DNA of 64,000 nucleotides from the human T2T-CHM13v2.0 reference genome, Homo sapiens. Every line of letters starts with the position of its first letter. The stretch's first letter is position 1. The position numbers and the translations under genes are program-made. The notes beneath the pieces are model-generated. The model ran no database searches and was not told the origin of the DNA. It was given only the letters and a program-made list of their open reading frames with translations. The DNA lies in assembly GCF_009914755.1 (NCBI RefSeq), contig NC_060933.1. One strand, given 5' to 3'. Of the stretch, positions 31,427 through 44,306 are shown piece after piece.

Positions 31427-31569
31427 CTGCGGGCAGAGGGACGGTGACCATGCGGCCGCCCGCTCCCACCCCAGAACCGACATGTGGGAAAGGCTACCCC
31501 TGACTGGGGAGGGGAGATAGGCACGGTGGGAGTGGGGTGGCCCAAGCCCAGGCCTGACACCTCAGCTGT

Positions 31570-31720
31570 TTAACCAGTGCTATGGGTCTCACTCAGGCCA
31601 GGCGCAGTGCTGAGCACTTCACAACGATCCACTCATCTCTTCCGCCCAGCAACGTGCAGGTGTGACTGTTATCTCCATTTTGCAGGTGGGGAGACTGAGG
31701 CGTGGAGGGGTTCGCAGCCC
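31570..31720 (-). mobile_element. MIR fragment; further MIR-like pieces at about 6920, 28610, 43290, 59240, 61210, 62540
   Basis: ccattttgcaggtggggagactgaggc core. Confidence 0.6.
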
Positions 31721-31920
31721 CACATCAGCAGAGCCGGGGGTCACAGGCACTGGCAGCTGTGTTGCCTCGCCCTGCCCCGATGGCTCCCCCTCATCTCTCA
31801 GGGAGACATGGAAACTCTGGATGGCCCTGGAGTGCAGGTGGGAAGGATTGCTCACTGTGACACTCCTTTTGGGCAGCTGGTGCCCTTGGCTAAGTCCCTT
31901 CCCATCTCTGAGCCTCTTTA

Positions 31921-32235
<315 letters not shown>

Positions 32236-32589
32236 TCAACAGCCTGCAACACACGCCGCCAGCTTTAGAGCATCACGCTTCCTCACCACAAAAGTCACTC
32301 GTGCTATTCTAGAGAACTGAGAAGACAAGCTGAGGGGAAAAAAGCACCCCAGGATGTGCCTGTGAGAGGCAGGGGCTCTGCCGGGGACGGGGTGCAGCAG
32401 GAGCCCAGGTCCTGCTCTGCCTCAGCTGGCCTCTGTCCCTGCCCCTCTCCCAGCCTCAGCTTCCACATCCGTAGAAGGTGGATGCTAATAGCACAGGGTT
32501 TTGTGACACTTTTACAAGCGTGTCTCTCCATGCTTAGTGTAGCATGCTGTCAATGAATGGCGCCCTTCCAGCCTGGCTCTACAAGCTTG

Positions 32590-34370
32590 CACGTTTTTAA
32601 ATTTACCCAAATGCAGTCAGGCCGAACATATGGTTTTGTAACCTGCTTCCCTGCATTTTCATCTCACACAGTCACCATTATTCTGCCATATCCTTAAATT
32701 TTCTTCTGCAACATAGTCTCTAACCCGATTCCATTGTTTCATGTAACTGACTCCTTTTCTTTAAAATGCTTAATTGTGGTAAAGCACACATAAAATGTAC
32801 CATCTTCACCATTTGTACGTGTGCGGCTTAGTAGCATGAATTATATTTCACACTGTTGGGCAACTAATCTCCAGAATTTTTCATCTTGCAAAACTGAAAA
32901 CCAATTCCTGCCTGACGTTTGGGCTTCTTACATTAAAGAAATATTTTTAGCAATGTTTTAATAAGCGTCTTTGTAGCTAAGTAATGGGAACCACCTGAAC
33001 CTGCTTCAGTGGCTTTCAGGATACATTCTTAGAAGTGGGATTTCCAGGCCTAGGGACATGCCCTTTGCAAACTCCTTCTTGTGGAAAATGTCCATCAAAC
33101 ACAACGCAGGGAGGCTGGAGTGATGCTGTCAGTGGCTGCTGCATTCAGCTCATCCCTGTCCTGGGCTGTGCTGATAAACCAGCTCTCAAAGCACCCGGCT
33201 GGGAGCATTTGCTGATTTTTGTGGTGTAGATTTTCTTACCATGGCCAGTTTCAGTTCAAGCAAGGTTTGACAAGCGGCTTATAAAATTCCTAAATTCTTC
33301 ACAATCACCTCTCACAAAGCAGTGGGAGCTGGCGCCACTTCCCTTCCTCAATTTCCCAAGCCTCATTTTTATTTTTTTTTCTTGCTGGGGTATGGGGTGG
33401 AGGAAGAGATTGGAGTATTTTAAAGGAAATCACAGAGCATATCACTTTACCCATAAATACTCCAGTGCAGCATCTGACGGAGGAGGATTTTAAAAAAATT
33501 ACCCAGCCTACGTTTAGCTTTCTCCTGTCGTCTCTGAAATGCCTTTTTTACGGTTGGTTAGTTCAAATCAGGATGTACTTGCTTTTGGCTCCTTTTGCTC
33601 TAGAACAGCTCAAAACCCATTCACGCCCCGCACCCCCATGTTGTTTATTGGAGAAACTGGGTTGTTTATCTGACAGAATTTTCCAGGCACTGGAGCTGGC
33701 CGGGATTCCTCGCATGGCATTGAACATGCTCCTTTATCAGTGTTTCTCCTCTAAACTGGCTTCCTGTTGCATCACTCCCAGGGGCCTGATGTCTGCTGTC
33801 CCCCTCATCTTGACGTCACAATCAGCTAATGACTGCAGCTGCCCTCGGCCAGTTCTTCCATTGCCAGATTCCGGGGGGTCTCCCAGCCCATTGCTGCAGC
33901 ATCCTGTGCGTGACCTGGATCTGTTACTTCACTAGGAGTTACAAAGTAGTGACTTTCCAAATGTTATCCTTCTTTCCACGTTTATGAGCTCCAGTTCTTC
34001 TTGAAAAAGCTCTAAAGCACATGCCTTTATCATCTGTGTGGTTACCCTAGCATGCGGCCTGCAGAGGGAAGGCTCAGAGGTTCCATTCCTCCCTTTATCA
34101 GGGATCAGAATGAGCTGGTGCCCTGAGGTTTGTGGCTGTGTGTGTGCCGAGAGGACGGAGAACAGGCCAGCCCAGATCCACACCTCTCAGTGAACCAAAA
34201 GTGACCCTGCCCCCTTTGCAGGCCCCGCGTGCCTACTGGTCCCAGCCTGTTGTCTGCCCCAGCTTGCCTTTCTACGTGGAAACTTGCCCAGTGCAATCTC
34301 ACTGATTTTTGAAAATATATTTGATGCGTTTCAGTCCACTGCAGTCATGATTCTTTTTGATGTTCAAATG
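32590..34370 (-). mobile_element. Cluster of old L1M 3'-end fragments, with a MER63-like hAT fragment at about 33130-33340
   Basis: AT-rich block; 32770-32900 resembles an L1MB 3' terminus; subfamily calls from memory of consensus sequences. Confidence 0.55.
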
Positions 34371-37300
34371 ATCCCACTAGGGAGCAAACCGAGGCCTGGA
34401 GAGAAATGACCCGCCCAGGCCCCAGCACCAGTAAGATGAGGGATCTGGGTCAGGTCAGGGCTGGATCCGCTGCTACCATCCACCTTGGGGCCCCTGCCAC
34501 CCTACCCCGACTGCTGAACCCCATGTCTCCTCCACGTGAATGCCTTGAATGCCACAGCTCCTTTGGGGAAGCACACACTGTGCTGATAGCAGGTTTGGGG
34601 GTGCTGGCCCAGCCATGGCCCTCTTCTTTGTGCCCTGAGCCAAGAGGCTGGTGGCCACTTCTGAGCCCTCTGCTGCTGTCCTTTCGGCCACAGTTTATTG
34701 GGTTTGGGATGGACGTGCACCCCAGGCTGGGCCAGCCGGCCTCTGTCCTGGGAAATGGAATTAAGGCCTGAGACACTGGCCGGTCCCTGCTGGTCGCTTG
34801 ACCTTGGGTAGAGACATGAGTGCTCAGGCTGTGGCCAGGCTGTAGCCACGGGTGGGGTTTTCAGCCACATGTTGGAGAGTCAGAAGGCGCTGGTCCCCGG
34901 AGGGAGCGAGGAAGGCCACAGCTGCCGGAGAGATTGCTGTTGTGGTCCTGACTCAGGTGCCGATCCCTCCCCGACACCTGCAGAGTGACTCCTGCTGTGT
35001 GTATGTCACCTACTGTGTGTATGTCACCTGGAGGGCATTTTTGCTATTTGCACCCAGGTAATTATGGCCCCACTTCATCAATGAGGGCACTCACACAGCT
35101 TGGGAGGGGTTGAGGGAGGTGGAGGCTCGTGCCCGAGTGTTGTCTGTGGTCATGCAGGGATTAAAATTCAGCACCACCCTCCACTACGGGCCATGGCTGA
35201 GGGCCCACTGCTAGGGCTTACTGATAGCAATGGGGGCCACTGCTTTCCCATAGGGAAGCATGGGCCTGGGTGGAGGGGCTCCCACTGCTGTCAGGCTGAG
35301 ACTGCAGGGAGGATGGAGACTGTAGGTGGCCATGGCTGGGCTGAGGTGCTCCCTCAGGGACAGGTACTGGGGAGCCATACAGGACACCCAGGCTAAACCC
35401 CCAAGTGCCAGCCTGGCTTTGCCTCTGGTTAGCTGCAAGAATGGGCCTTCAGTGCCTCCATTCCTCTGCCTCAGTTCCCTCCTCTATAAAATGGGAGAAC
35501 CCCAGGGGTTCTGTGGGACAGCAGCTGCACCATGCTCAGTGCTGTGCTGATGTTAGGACCGTGTCCCTCCCTGGGTCTGAGTCCTTCATCGGGTCCCTGA
35601 GGGAGCTGGCCCCGCTCGCCGCAAAGCTCTCTCTCAGGTCTGAGATGCAGCCGGTCCCTGGCTCCGCCTGGCTGCAGCTCCTCTGGGCCCAGGTCTCCTC
35701 CAGCGGAGAGCAGCCTGGCGGCGTGACGGGAAGGGTGCCGGCTCAGGCCAGGTGCCCAGGGCTGTCAGCAGCCACCCTCCAACACCCAGGCTGGTCCAGC
35801 TGGAGCCTCTCAGCCTCGCTCTGCAGATACACGCCTGCCGAGGAGCAGCAACGCCCGAGACGGCGCCAGGTCCCAGGGCCAGGCATGGCCGACAGACACA
35901 CACTCCGCTGGCAGCTCCACCAGCGCCCAGCCTGACATCAGACCACAGTTCACTCCGAGCAGCTCCCAAAAACACGGCCTCCCTGGGCCTCCACCCTCCT
36001 GCCTCCCCTCTGCTCTAGCTGTGCCCCACCCTCTGGGATGCCCATCCCCCCCCGGACCTACCACGCCATCAAAGCCCAGCACGTGCCCTCCTCTCCCAGG
36101 AAGCCTTCCTGAACTTTAATACACACCACAGAACTTCAAAACTTCAAACGCCAGAGCTGAGAGGGACCAGGTCCCACCCCTTCATTTAATGGGGGAAGAA
36201 TATGGACCACCTGCTGCCCTCCCTGAGTGCTTACCTTCAGCCTCCTCCCTGGGGACCCCAGGACGCTACTCAGCTGTGGCCCAGGTGATACGAGTCTGCG
36301 GGGCCTCTGTCCTGCTCTACTCTTGCGGGTGACCTTGGGTCAGAGGCCTCTCCCTGGGTTCAGTTTTCTTATCTGTACAATGGGTGTGGCAGGGTTTAGA
36401 CGCTGATTCCTCCCAACTCTGGGGGACTTGGATTTTTAATTGGTCCTGCCAGGAATCCAGATGATTTAGACACCCAACAAAGTCAGGATTATGAAAATGT
36501 AAACAAACATCAAGTGATAAGGCGAAAAAGCCAGATGACACCCTCCAAGGGTAGGCAGAGAACGGGAAGGGCTACAGACACTTTGGCTCCCAAGGATACT
36601 TGTGCTCTGAGAAAGCTGAGTGCCTGAGAGAACAGGGGAGGACTTGGCTGCTCAGGGTGGTAACGGATGGGGGAGGAACCGAGGGAAACTTCCTGGAGGA
36701 GGAAGCTTCTGAGCCGGGCTGTGAAGGATGGGCTGGGAGAAGAAGGAGAGGGCCTGTTGGTGCTGGGAACAGCACAGGCCAAGCCTCGGAGGCAGAGCCA
36801 TGCGGGTCAGGCCCAGCAACAGCCTGGCAGAGGCTACTCTGCCGCCTGCTTGTGACTCGAGCCCCACCCCTCTTCCAGCTCCCTGAAGCCTCCGCACTGC
36901 CAGCCAAGGCAATTTGGCGAGAATAGCGCTGAATTGTTTATCTGCCCCCTGGGACCATAAATGGTTTTAAAGCTTTATAAATGGCTTTGCTTCCCTGTTC
37001 CCACCCCGGGTTTTTACAGGGACAGGTTGTGAGATGGGGCTCCCCTGTGCGTCCCCCACCCCAGTCCACAGAGTCTGTGGCAAGGGGGCCTGGGCGGGCA
37101 ACAGTCCCCTTCTGAGGGCCCCATCTCGTCTCTGTAGCCGGCAGGGAGAGCCAGCTGCGTTTACAAGCTTCAGTTGTCTCCTGCGGCACCGGCACCGAGG
37201 AATGAATGGCGTGGAGCTGGGGGTGGGGCAGGAAACACCTGGCAGCAGAGCCAGACACGGGCCTCCACCTGCCTCCCCCGGGAGCCCCCTCCCCACACCC

Positions 37301-40300
37301 ACCTTTCCCTGGCAGGAGACCCCCTGCTAACCACCATCTGGGCCACACGTCCCGTGCTGAATTTCAGACTCTGCTAGTTTTCTGTCCCTCTTGCCACATC
37401 CCCCTCACTTGCCGTAAAGCCCACGGGAACGGACCCCTCCAGAGCTTATTTATTTTGTGCCCCAGCCCCAGCCCCCGCCACTGCCTTGCATGGTACAGGG
37501 CCCAGGCGACGCTTAATGAAGGCTTCTGTCTGCCTCGTTCACCTGAGATGCCCAGCGCTCGTGGTAGGAGCCAGGGAGAAGCCAAGGCCTACATCCTCGG
37601 CACTGGCCGTGCCCTCTGGCTCATCCAGCCCCGCGCCTTCCAAACCAACCGGGCCCCAGGACGGGGAGCCTGGTAAACACACAGACGTCCCGACGGCAGT
37701 GCAGCTGCACGGGCCCTGCAATCTGATGGCTTCACAAGCGGCCCCTCTAACCAGGTGAGGCGGGCGCCCTCCACTTCCAGATGGGGAAACCAAGGCCAGG
37801 GCAGAGAGGGCCAACCCTGGGGGCCCAGGGCAGAGCTGGACCTGGAACCCAGGCTTGTTGCCTCACGGTCAGACTCCTCCCCATGCCGGCGTCTCGTCGA
37901 GGGCTTATGGAGACTCAGAGCGCCTTTTCTCCACAAACACATCTGTCTGGTTACAAAGGCGCTCCCATTACCTGGAAGCCCAAGGGCCCCGGCGTCCTCG
38001 ATCGGAGGAGAGCAGCCCGCAGAGTTCCTGTCTAGACCTCCTGCACATTTGTTCCTAATTTCATGCTCCGCGGGCTCCCAGATGCCTGCGTTCAGTAATA
38101 AACAGACGAGGAAGTGCTCGGCTGCCCTGTGCTGCCGCGGTTGGTCTCCGAGATGTTATCCAGAGCCCGGCTGGGGGTGGGCTGGCAGAAGGGAGTCTGC
38201 GGGGCCTGGAGGGCAGTTCCCAACAGCACCTGGAATGTCTGCCTTCCCAGCTCTATCCCCAGCTCAGCTGCGGGGGGAAGAGGGGGCAGTGAATCAGGCC
38301 CCTGCCCACCACGGGTTCTGAGGGGCTTGCGGTCTGTCTAGGAGGCAGAAAATGCCCACAGCAGGGGGACTGGTGCTGCCGGGCTTGGCACAGAGTGGGG
38401 AGCTGGTGTCTGGAAAACTCGTTCGTGCCCAGGGTTTGCCCCCGTGGTTGCCTGGATTCCTTGAGGGGCCCCCAGAAAGAGCACAGGGACCATGGCATTT
38501 TGCTGGCCACTTCTGGGGTTTCACAGATTTCTAGAAGCTCCCCCCAGACCCCAGCTGGAGAGCCCCCTGGGGTCAGTACCATGGAGGGGCTCTTAGGGTC
38601 TGTGGTTCACTGCCCAGCAGAAGCAGGGCACACAGTGTGTGTTTGGCACAAAAGTGCAGATTGTGGTGCCCAGGGGTCTCTGTGCTCTTAAAGAATGGAA
38701 GCTGTTTCCACGTTGGGCCAGCCGGAGCTGCTGGGCAGTTGGGTAGGAGTAAGGCAGGGGTGGGGTGTGATGGGGAGCAGTGGGTCCCTGCCTTTCTCAG
38801 GACTGCCACCCAACCATGTCAGGGGTTGTAAGAACCAGCATGGCCTCAGCCAGGCTTTGCGGGACTCTGTGCATTCATCTCGTCTCACCCTGGGACCCCC
38901 CAGCGTAGGCGGCTTTCCCAGGTGGTGGCGTGAACTGAGGTAAGAGTGGTTCGGCCACTGTCCAGAGCCCACTCCCTAGGCCATCGGGGAAGCAGGGGGT
39001 CTGACACATCTCTGCAAGGAGATGACTGACCCATATTTTCTAGGGAGTAAACTGAGGCCAGAAGAGTGAGATGATCCACTGAGCAATGGAAAAGCCGACC
39101 GGACAGATGCCTATCCTTGCTCCTCAAGGAGTCTTGCTGAAACTCAAAGCCCATCCCTGTCTGGAGTCCAAGCCACAGAGGCCACTCTCAAGACCAGTTT
39201 CAGCTGACCGGCGACCAGGGCGACCCAGGGCTGGAGCCCTGCCTGGCCCACTACTGGCATGGTGCAGAGCTGGGAAGGGGAGTCGAGGGGTGTTGTGGAC
39301 CAGGAGGAGAGGAGCTGGAGCCAACGCCAAGGCTGTGGATGGCTGGGAAGCCCTGGAGCCATAAGCAGGAAGCACGAAGCTGAAAGGACTAGGTGATTGT
39401 CCCCCCCTGGCCTGGTCCCCACCAGGAAGTCACTGTCTGCCAACCTCAGGAACCGTAGGGCAGGACAGGGAGTGTCAGGATCAGGCCTCCTGGCCTCCAT
39501 CATGGGGCTGTGCCAAAGCCTCCTGGGGGCTCCCTGGTCCTCAGGGGTCACTGCTTCCTCTGACCCAGTGGGCAGGGTCTAGCCTTCAGTGCAGTCAGAG
39601 GCTGGGTCAGGCGGAGCTGAGATAGCCCCCACCAGGCAGGGTGTGGGAGGAGAGGGGACCCCGGCTGAGGGCTGCCTGGTTGCTCCCTGGGCCTCCTGGA
39701 GATGAGTGGCTTGCGTCCCCGACGGGTGTGGCTGGGACTCTCAGGCTGGAGCTTTGGGTGGTCTGAGGGAGGCGGGGCACTCAGACCATCACCCCAAGAG
39801 TCAGGCCTGCCTCAAACCTCACCTTCTGCCCAGTCTAACTGACCCCACTTTCTCAGGCTGGGGTCCCTGAAGCTCTTTCCTGGGATCTCCCTGGGAGCCC
39901 CTGGAGCAGATAGGGAAGGGACAGAGAAAAGAGAAAAAGGTGATGGGCGAACGGGGGCGCGAACGGGGGGCGAGCCTGGGAGGGGAGGGGAGGGGAGGGT
40001 GGGAGCCCAGTGCTCACCAGGACCTCACTGCTGCTATCTGCCCAGGAAGCCAGGAGCAGCCACAGAGGCAAAGGTGAGAAGTCCCCGCACCCTGAGCTGT
40101 GAGGCTGGGCAGTGGGGAAGCCAGTAGCACTCCCTGCTTTGGCACTAGGGAATTGCAGACCCTGTTCAAAAATCACTGACCAGTCCCAGCCCCTTTCTGC
40201 TGAGACCGAGTCGGGGATCGTGGGAGATGGGGGAACCACTGGCCCTGTCTGGGGCAGAGCAGCAGGCAGTGCCATGGGGGTCTCAGATAGATCATGCTGG

Positions 40301-40545
40301 TGGGAGGCCTGGCCTGTGGGGCCCTTCTGTCAGGAAGGCTACCACGCTACTTAAGGACCTTGAACAGAAAGATTTGGGGAAGAACTTGCAAAAATAAAGC
40401 TTGAGTTGTGGCCGCTGCTGTCAGGCCTGAAGTTGCCACCTTTGGCTCCAGGTCCTGCTTGCCCAGAAGAGGGCACACCTGGGCTGCATGGCCCAAGGAG
40501 GTTGGATCCCAACTCTGGGGTGGGGGTGGGCTCAATGGTACAGAA

Positions 40546-42729
40546 GGATCTAGCATGTTGAGGGATTAGCATGCTGAGGGATCTAGCATGTTGAGGGATC
40601 TAGGATGCTGAAGGATCTAGAATGCTGAAGGATCTAGTGTGTTGAGGGATCTAGCATGCTGAAGGATCTAGCATGTTAAGGGATCTAGCATGTCGAGAGA
40701 TCTAGCATGCTGAAGGATCTAGCATGCTGAAGGATCTAGCATGTTGAGGGTTCTAGTGTGTTGAGAGATCAAGCACGTTGAGGGATCTAGCATGTTGAGA
40801 GATCTAGTGTGTTGAGGGATCTAGCGTGCTGAAGGATCTAGCATGTTGAGGGATCTAGGATGCTGAAGGATCTAGTGTGTTGAGGGATCTAGCATGTTGA
40901 AGGATCTAGTGTGTTAAGGGTCTAGCGTGTTGAGGGATCTAGCATGCCGAAAGATCTAGCAAGTTGAGAGATCTAGCATGCTGAAGGATCTAGCATGTTG
41001 AGGGATCTGGCATGCTGAAGGTTGTAGCACTAGCATGCTGAAAGATCTAGCATGCTGAAAGATCTAGCATGTTGAGGGATCTAGCAGGTTGAGGGATCTA
41101 GCAGGTTGAAGGATCTAGCATGCTGAGGGATCTGGCATGTTGAAGGATCTAGAATGTTGAAGGATCTAGCACGTTAAGGGATCTAGCGTGTTGAGAGATC
41201 TAATGTGTTGAGGGATCTAGCATGTTAAGGGATCTAGCATGTTGAGGGATCTAGCATGCTGAAAGATCTAGCATGTTGAGGGATCTAGCATGCTGAAGGA
41301 TCTAGCATGTTGAGGGATCTAGCGTGTTGAGAGTTCTAGCATGTTGAGGGATCTAGCATGTTGAAGGATCTAGAGTGTTAAGGGTCTAGCGTGTTGAGGG
41401 ATCTTGCATGCTGAAAGATCTAGCATGTTGAGAGATCTAGCATACTGCAGGATCTAGCTTGTTGAGGGATCTAGCATATTGAGAGATCTAGTGTGTTGAG
41501 GGATCTAGCATGCTGAGGGATCTAGCATGTTGAAGGACCTAGCATTTTGAAGGATCTAGCATGTTGAGGGTCTAGCATGTGGAGAGATCTAGTGTGTTTA
41601 GGGATCTAGCATGCTGAATGATCTAGCATTAGCATGTTGAAGGATCTAGTATGTTGAGGGATCTGGCATTTGAAGGATCTAGCATGTTGAGGGATCTAGC
41701 ATGTTGAAGGATCTAGCATGTTGAAGGATCCAGCACTAGCATGCTGAAAGATTTAGAAGGTTGAAGGATGTAGCATGCTGAGGGATCTAGTGTGCTGAAG
41801 GATCTAGCATGTTGAAAGATCTAGCATGTTGAAGGATCTAGCATGTTGAGGGTCTAGCATGTGGGGAGATCTAGCGTGTTTAGGGATCTAGCATGTTGAC
41901 AGATCTAGCATGTTGAAGGATCTAGCATGTTGAGGGATCTAGCAGGTTGAAGGATCGAGCATGCTGAGGGATCTAGCATGTTGATGGATCTAGCATACGG
42001 AAGGATCTAGTATGTTGAGGGATCTAGCATGTTGAGAGATCTAGTGTGTTGAGGGATGTAGCATGCTGAAGGATCTAGCATGTTGAAGGATCTAGCATAT
42101 TGAGAGATCTAGCATGTTGAGGGATCTAGGATGCTGAAGGATCTAGTGTGTTGAGGGATCTAGCATGTTGAAGGATCTAGGGTGTTAAGGGTCTAGCAGG
42201 TTGAGGGATCTTGCATGCTGAAAGATCTAGCATGTTGAGAGATCTAGCATGCTGCAGGATCTAGCTTTTTGAGGGATCTAGCATGTTGAGAGATCTAGTG
42301 TGTTGATGGATCTAGCATGTTGAGGGATCTAGCATGTTGAGAGATCTAGCGTGTTGAGGGATCTAGCATGCCGAAGGATCTAACATGTTGAGAGATCTAA
42401 CGTGTTAAGGGATCTAGCATGCCGAAGGATCTAGCATGTTGAGGGATCTAGCATGTTGAGAGATCTAGTGTGTTGAGGGGTCTAGGATGCTGAAGGATCT
42501 AGCATGCTGAGATATCTAGCATGTTGAGAGATCTAGCGTGTTGAGGGATCTAGCATCCTGAGGGATCTAGCATGTCGATGGATCTAGCATGTTGAAGGAT
42601 CTAGTGTGTTGAGGGATCTAGCATGTTGAAGGATCTAGCATGTTGAGGGATCTAGCAGGTTGAAGGATCTAGCATGCTGAGGGATCTAGCATACTGAGAG
42701 ATCTAGCATGCTGAGGGATCTAGCATGCT
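40546..42729. repeat. 17-bp VNTR (GGATCTAGCATGTTGAG and variants), roughly 128 units
   Basis: Period 17 read directly; about 2.18 kb. Confidence 0.98.
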
Positions 42730-43606
42730 GCTGACCCACTCATTGTGCAGTTGGGTGGCTGTGCTCCCCAGAGAGGGGACCTTGCCCAGGGTCACCGGGC
42801 ACATCTGCTGCAGAGTGAGACACAGGCCAGTCACCCTGAATGGTCGTGGGCGCCAAGTTGTTGGTAGAGGAGATGGGAGAAGGGAAAAGGACTGGGTTTC
42901 TGGATGCTGAGCTCAGCAGCCTCTCCCAGAAACCCCTGCTCTCCTGTTCTGACCACCTCGTGGTCTGAAATATTTATGCACATCCCTGAAGAAGCTCGTG
43001 GTTCAGGCCCCGTCTCTCTGTCAGGCCCTACAACTGTTGACATTGATGATTTCAATACAGCAGAGAAACCTGCTTTTCAACAAGTAGAATGCTCAGCAAT
43101 ACCCCCGGAAAATACCCCCTGGGAAATCCCGTGAGCTGGGGCTCCTGCCCGTGCCATCCTGTGTTGCCCCACTGGGGTTCCTGAACCGTAAGTCTGAACA
43201 GGTTCCTGCCTCACTCAAACACCCTGCATGGCTCCCTATACCTCTTAATAATAATAAGCACAGGATCCTGTGCCAAGCACCACTATCTCTGTGCCAGGAG
43301 GGCATGGCACCCTTCACCAATGTCTCCTTCAATTGCCGGGACAGCCAAGGCAAAGATTATTATTATGCCCATTTTACAGACAAGGAAACAAGAGAGCCAA
43401 GGAGTCTAGCATGGGGAGAGAAAAGCACAAGGTCACATGGTGAGGGGTGAGGGCTCCAGGGGTGAACATGGTGTGCCACATCAAATCTGATGTATCTCCT
43501 TTTCCTTCCATCCCCCACCCTCAGCTTGCCTGTAGGGACGGGGTAAACTCACCGCCTTCCCTGCATCAGACCTAAGCCCCATGAAGGCAAGAACCTGGTT
43601 TCCCAC

Positions 43607-43635
43607 TGCAGTCCTCCGGCCACCAGGGGGCGACA
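43607..43635 (+). promoter_or_regulatory. CTCF site with upstream TGCAG module: TGCAGTCCTCCGGCCACCAGGGGGCGACA
   Basis: Core CCACCAGGGGGCG matches consensus; upstream motif at the usual spacing. Confidence 0.75.
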
Positions 43636-44051
43636 CAGCGCGCACACACACAGTAGGGCGGCATTGGTGCTGATTTCAATGCAGTGGGGGCCGCGGCCCA
43701 CACTTGCACCGCAGGCCCTGAGTGAGCTGGGGTCTTGCCCTCGTGACCCCCACCCTCACCTAGCTGATCCCCAGTGTTTCCCAGGGGGCGGGAACAGCAG
43801 CACAGAGCTGTAGGCCAGGCCAGGGCTTCAGGCCGCCAGGAAAAGGCAGATGAGATGCACCAAGAACATTCTGGGCTGCAGTTTCCCGATCTCCCAGCCG
43901 TGGGTCAGGAAATGGGGGGTGGGAGGGTAGGGCCTGAAAACCCCGGGCAAGTCCCAGCTCAGCTGCCGACGGGGCTGGCTTTTTGTCTCCCTTAAAAATA
44001 CCAATGTGCAGAAGTTGGGTTCGTAAAACCCTCTCTGCTGCTGGACTTAAG

Positions 44052-44306
44052 TTCCCTTCCCTTCCCTTCCCTTCCCTTCCCCTTCCCTTCCCCTTCCCCT
44101 TCCCTTCCCCTTCCCCTTCCCTTCCCCTCCCCTTCCCCTCCCCTTCCCCTCCCCTTCCCCTCCCCTTCCCCTCCCCTTCCCCTCCCCTTCTTTCCTTTCC
44201 TTTCCTTCTTTCCTTTCCTTTCCTTCCCTCTCTCCTTCCTTCCTTCTCTCTCCTTCCTTCCTTCTCTCTCTCCTTCCTTCCTTTTTTCTTTTCTTTTCGT
44301 TCTCTT
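44052..44306. repeat. (CCCTT)n / (CCTT)n polypyrimidine tract
   Basis: Direct reading. Confidence 0.95.

Noticed and set aside
35166-35178. TTCAGCACCAC RE1 left half-site
   Set aside because: No GGACAG right half nearby
40546-42729. CRISPR-like appearance of the regular short repeat
   Set aside because: No unique spacers, no cas genes, human intron; it is a minisatellite
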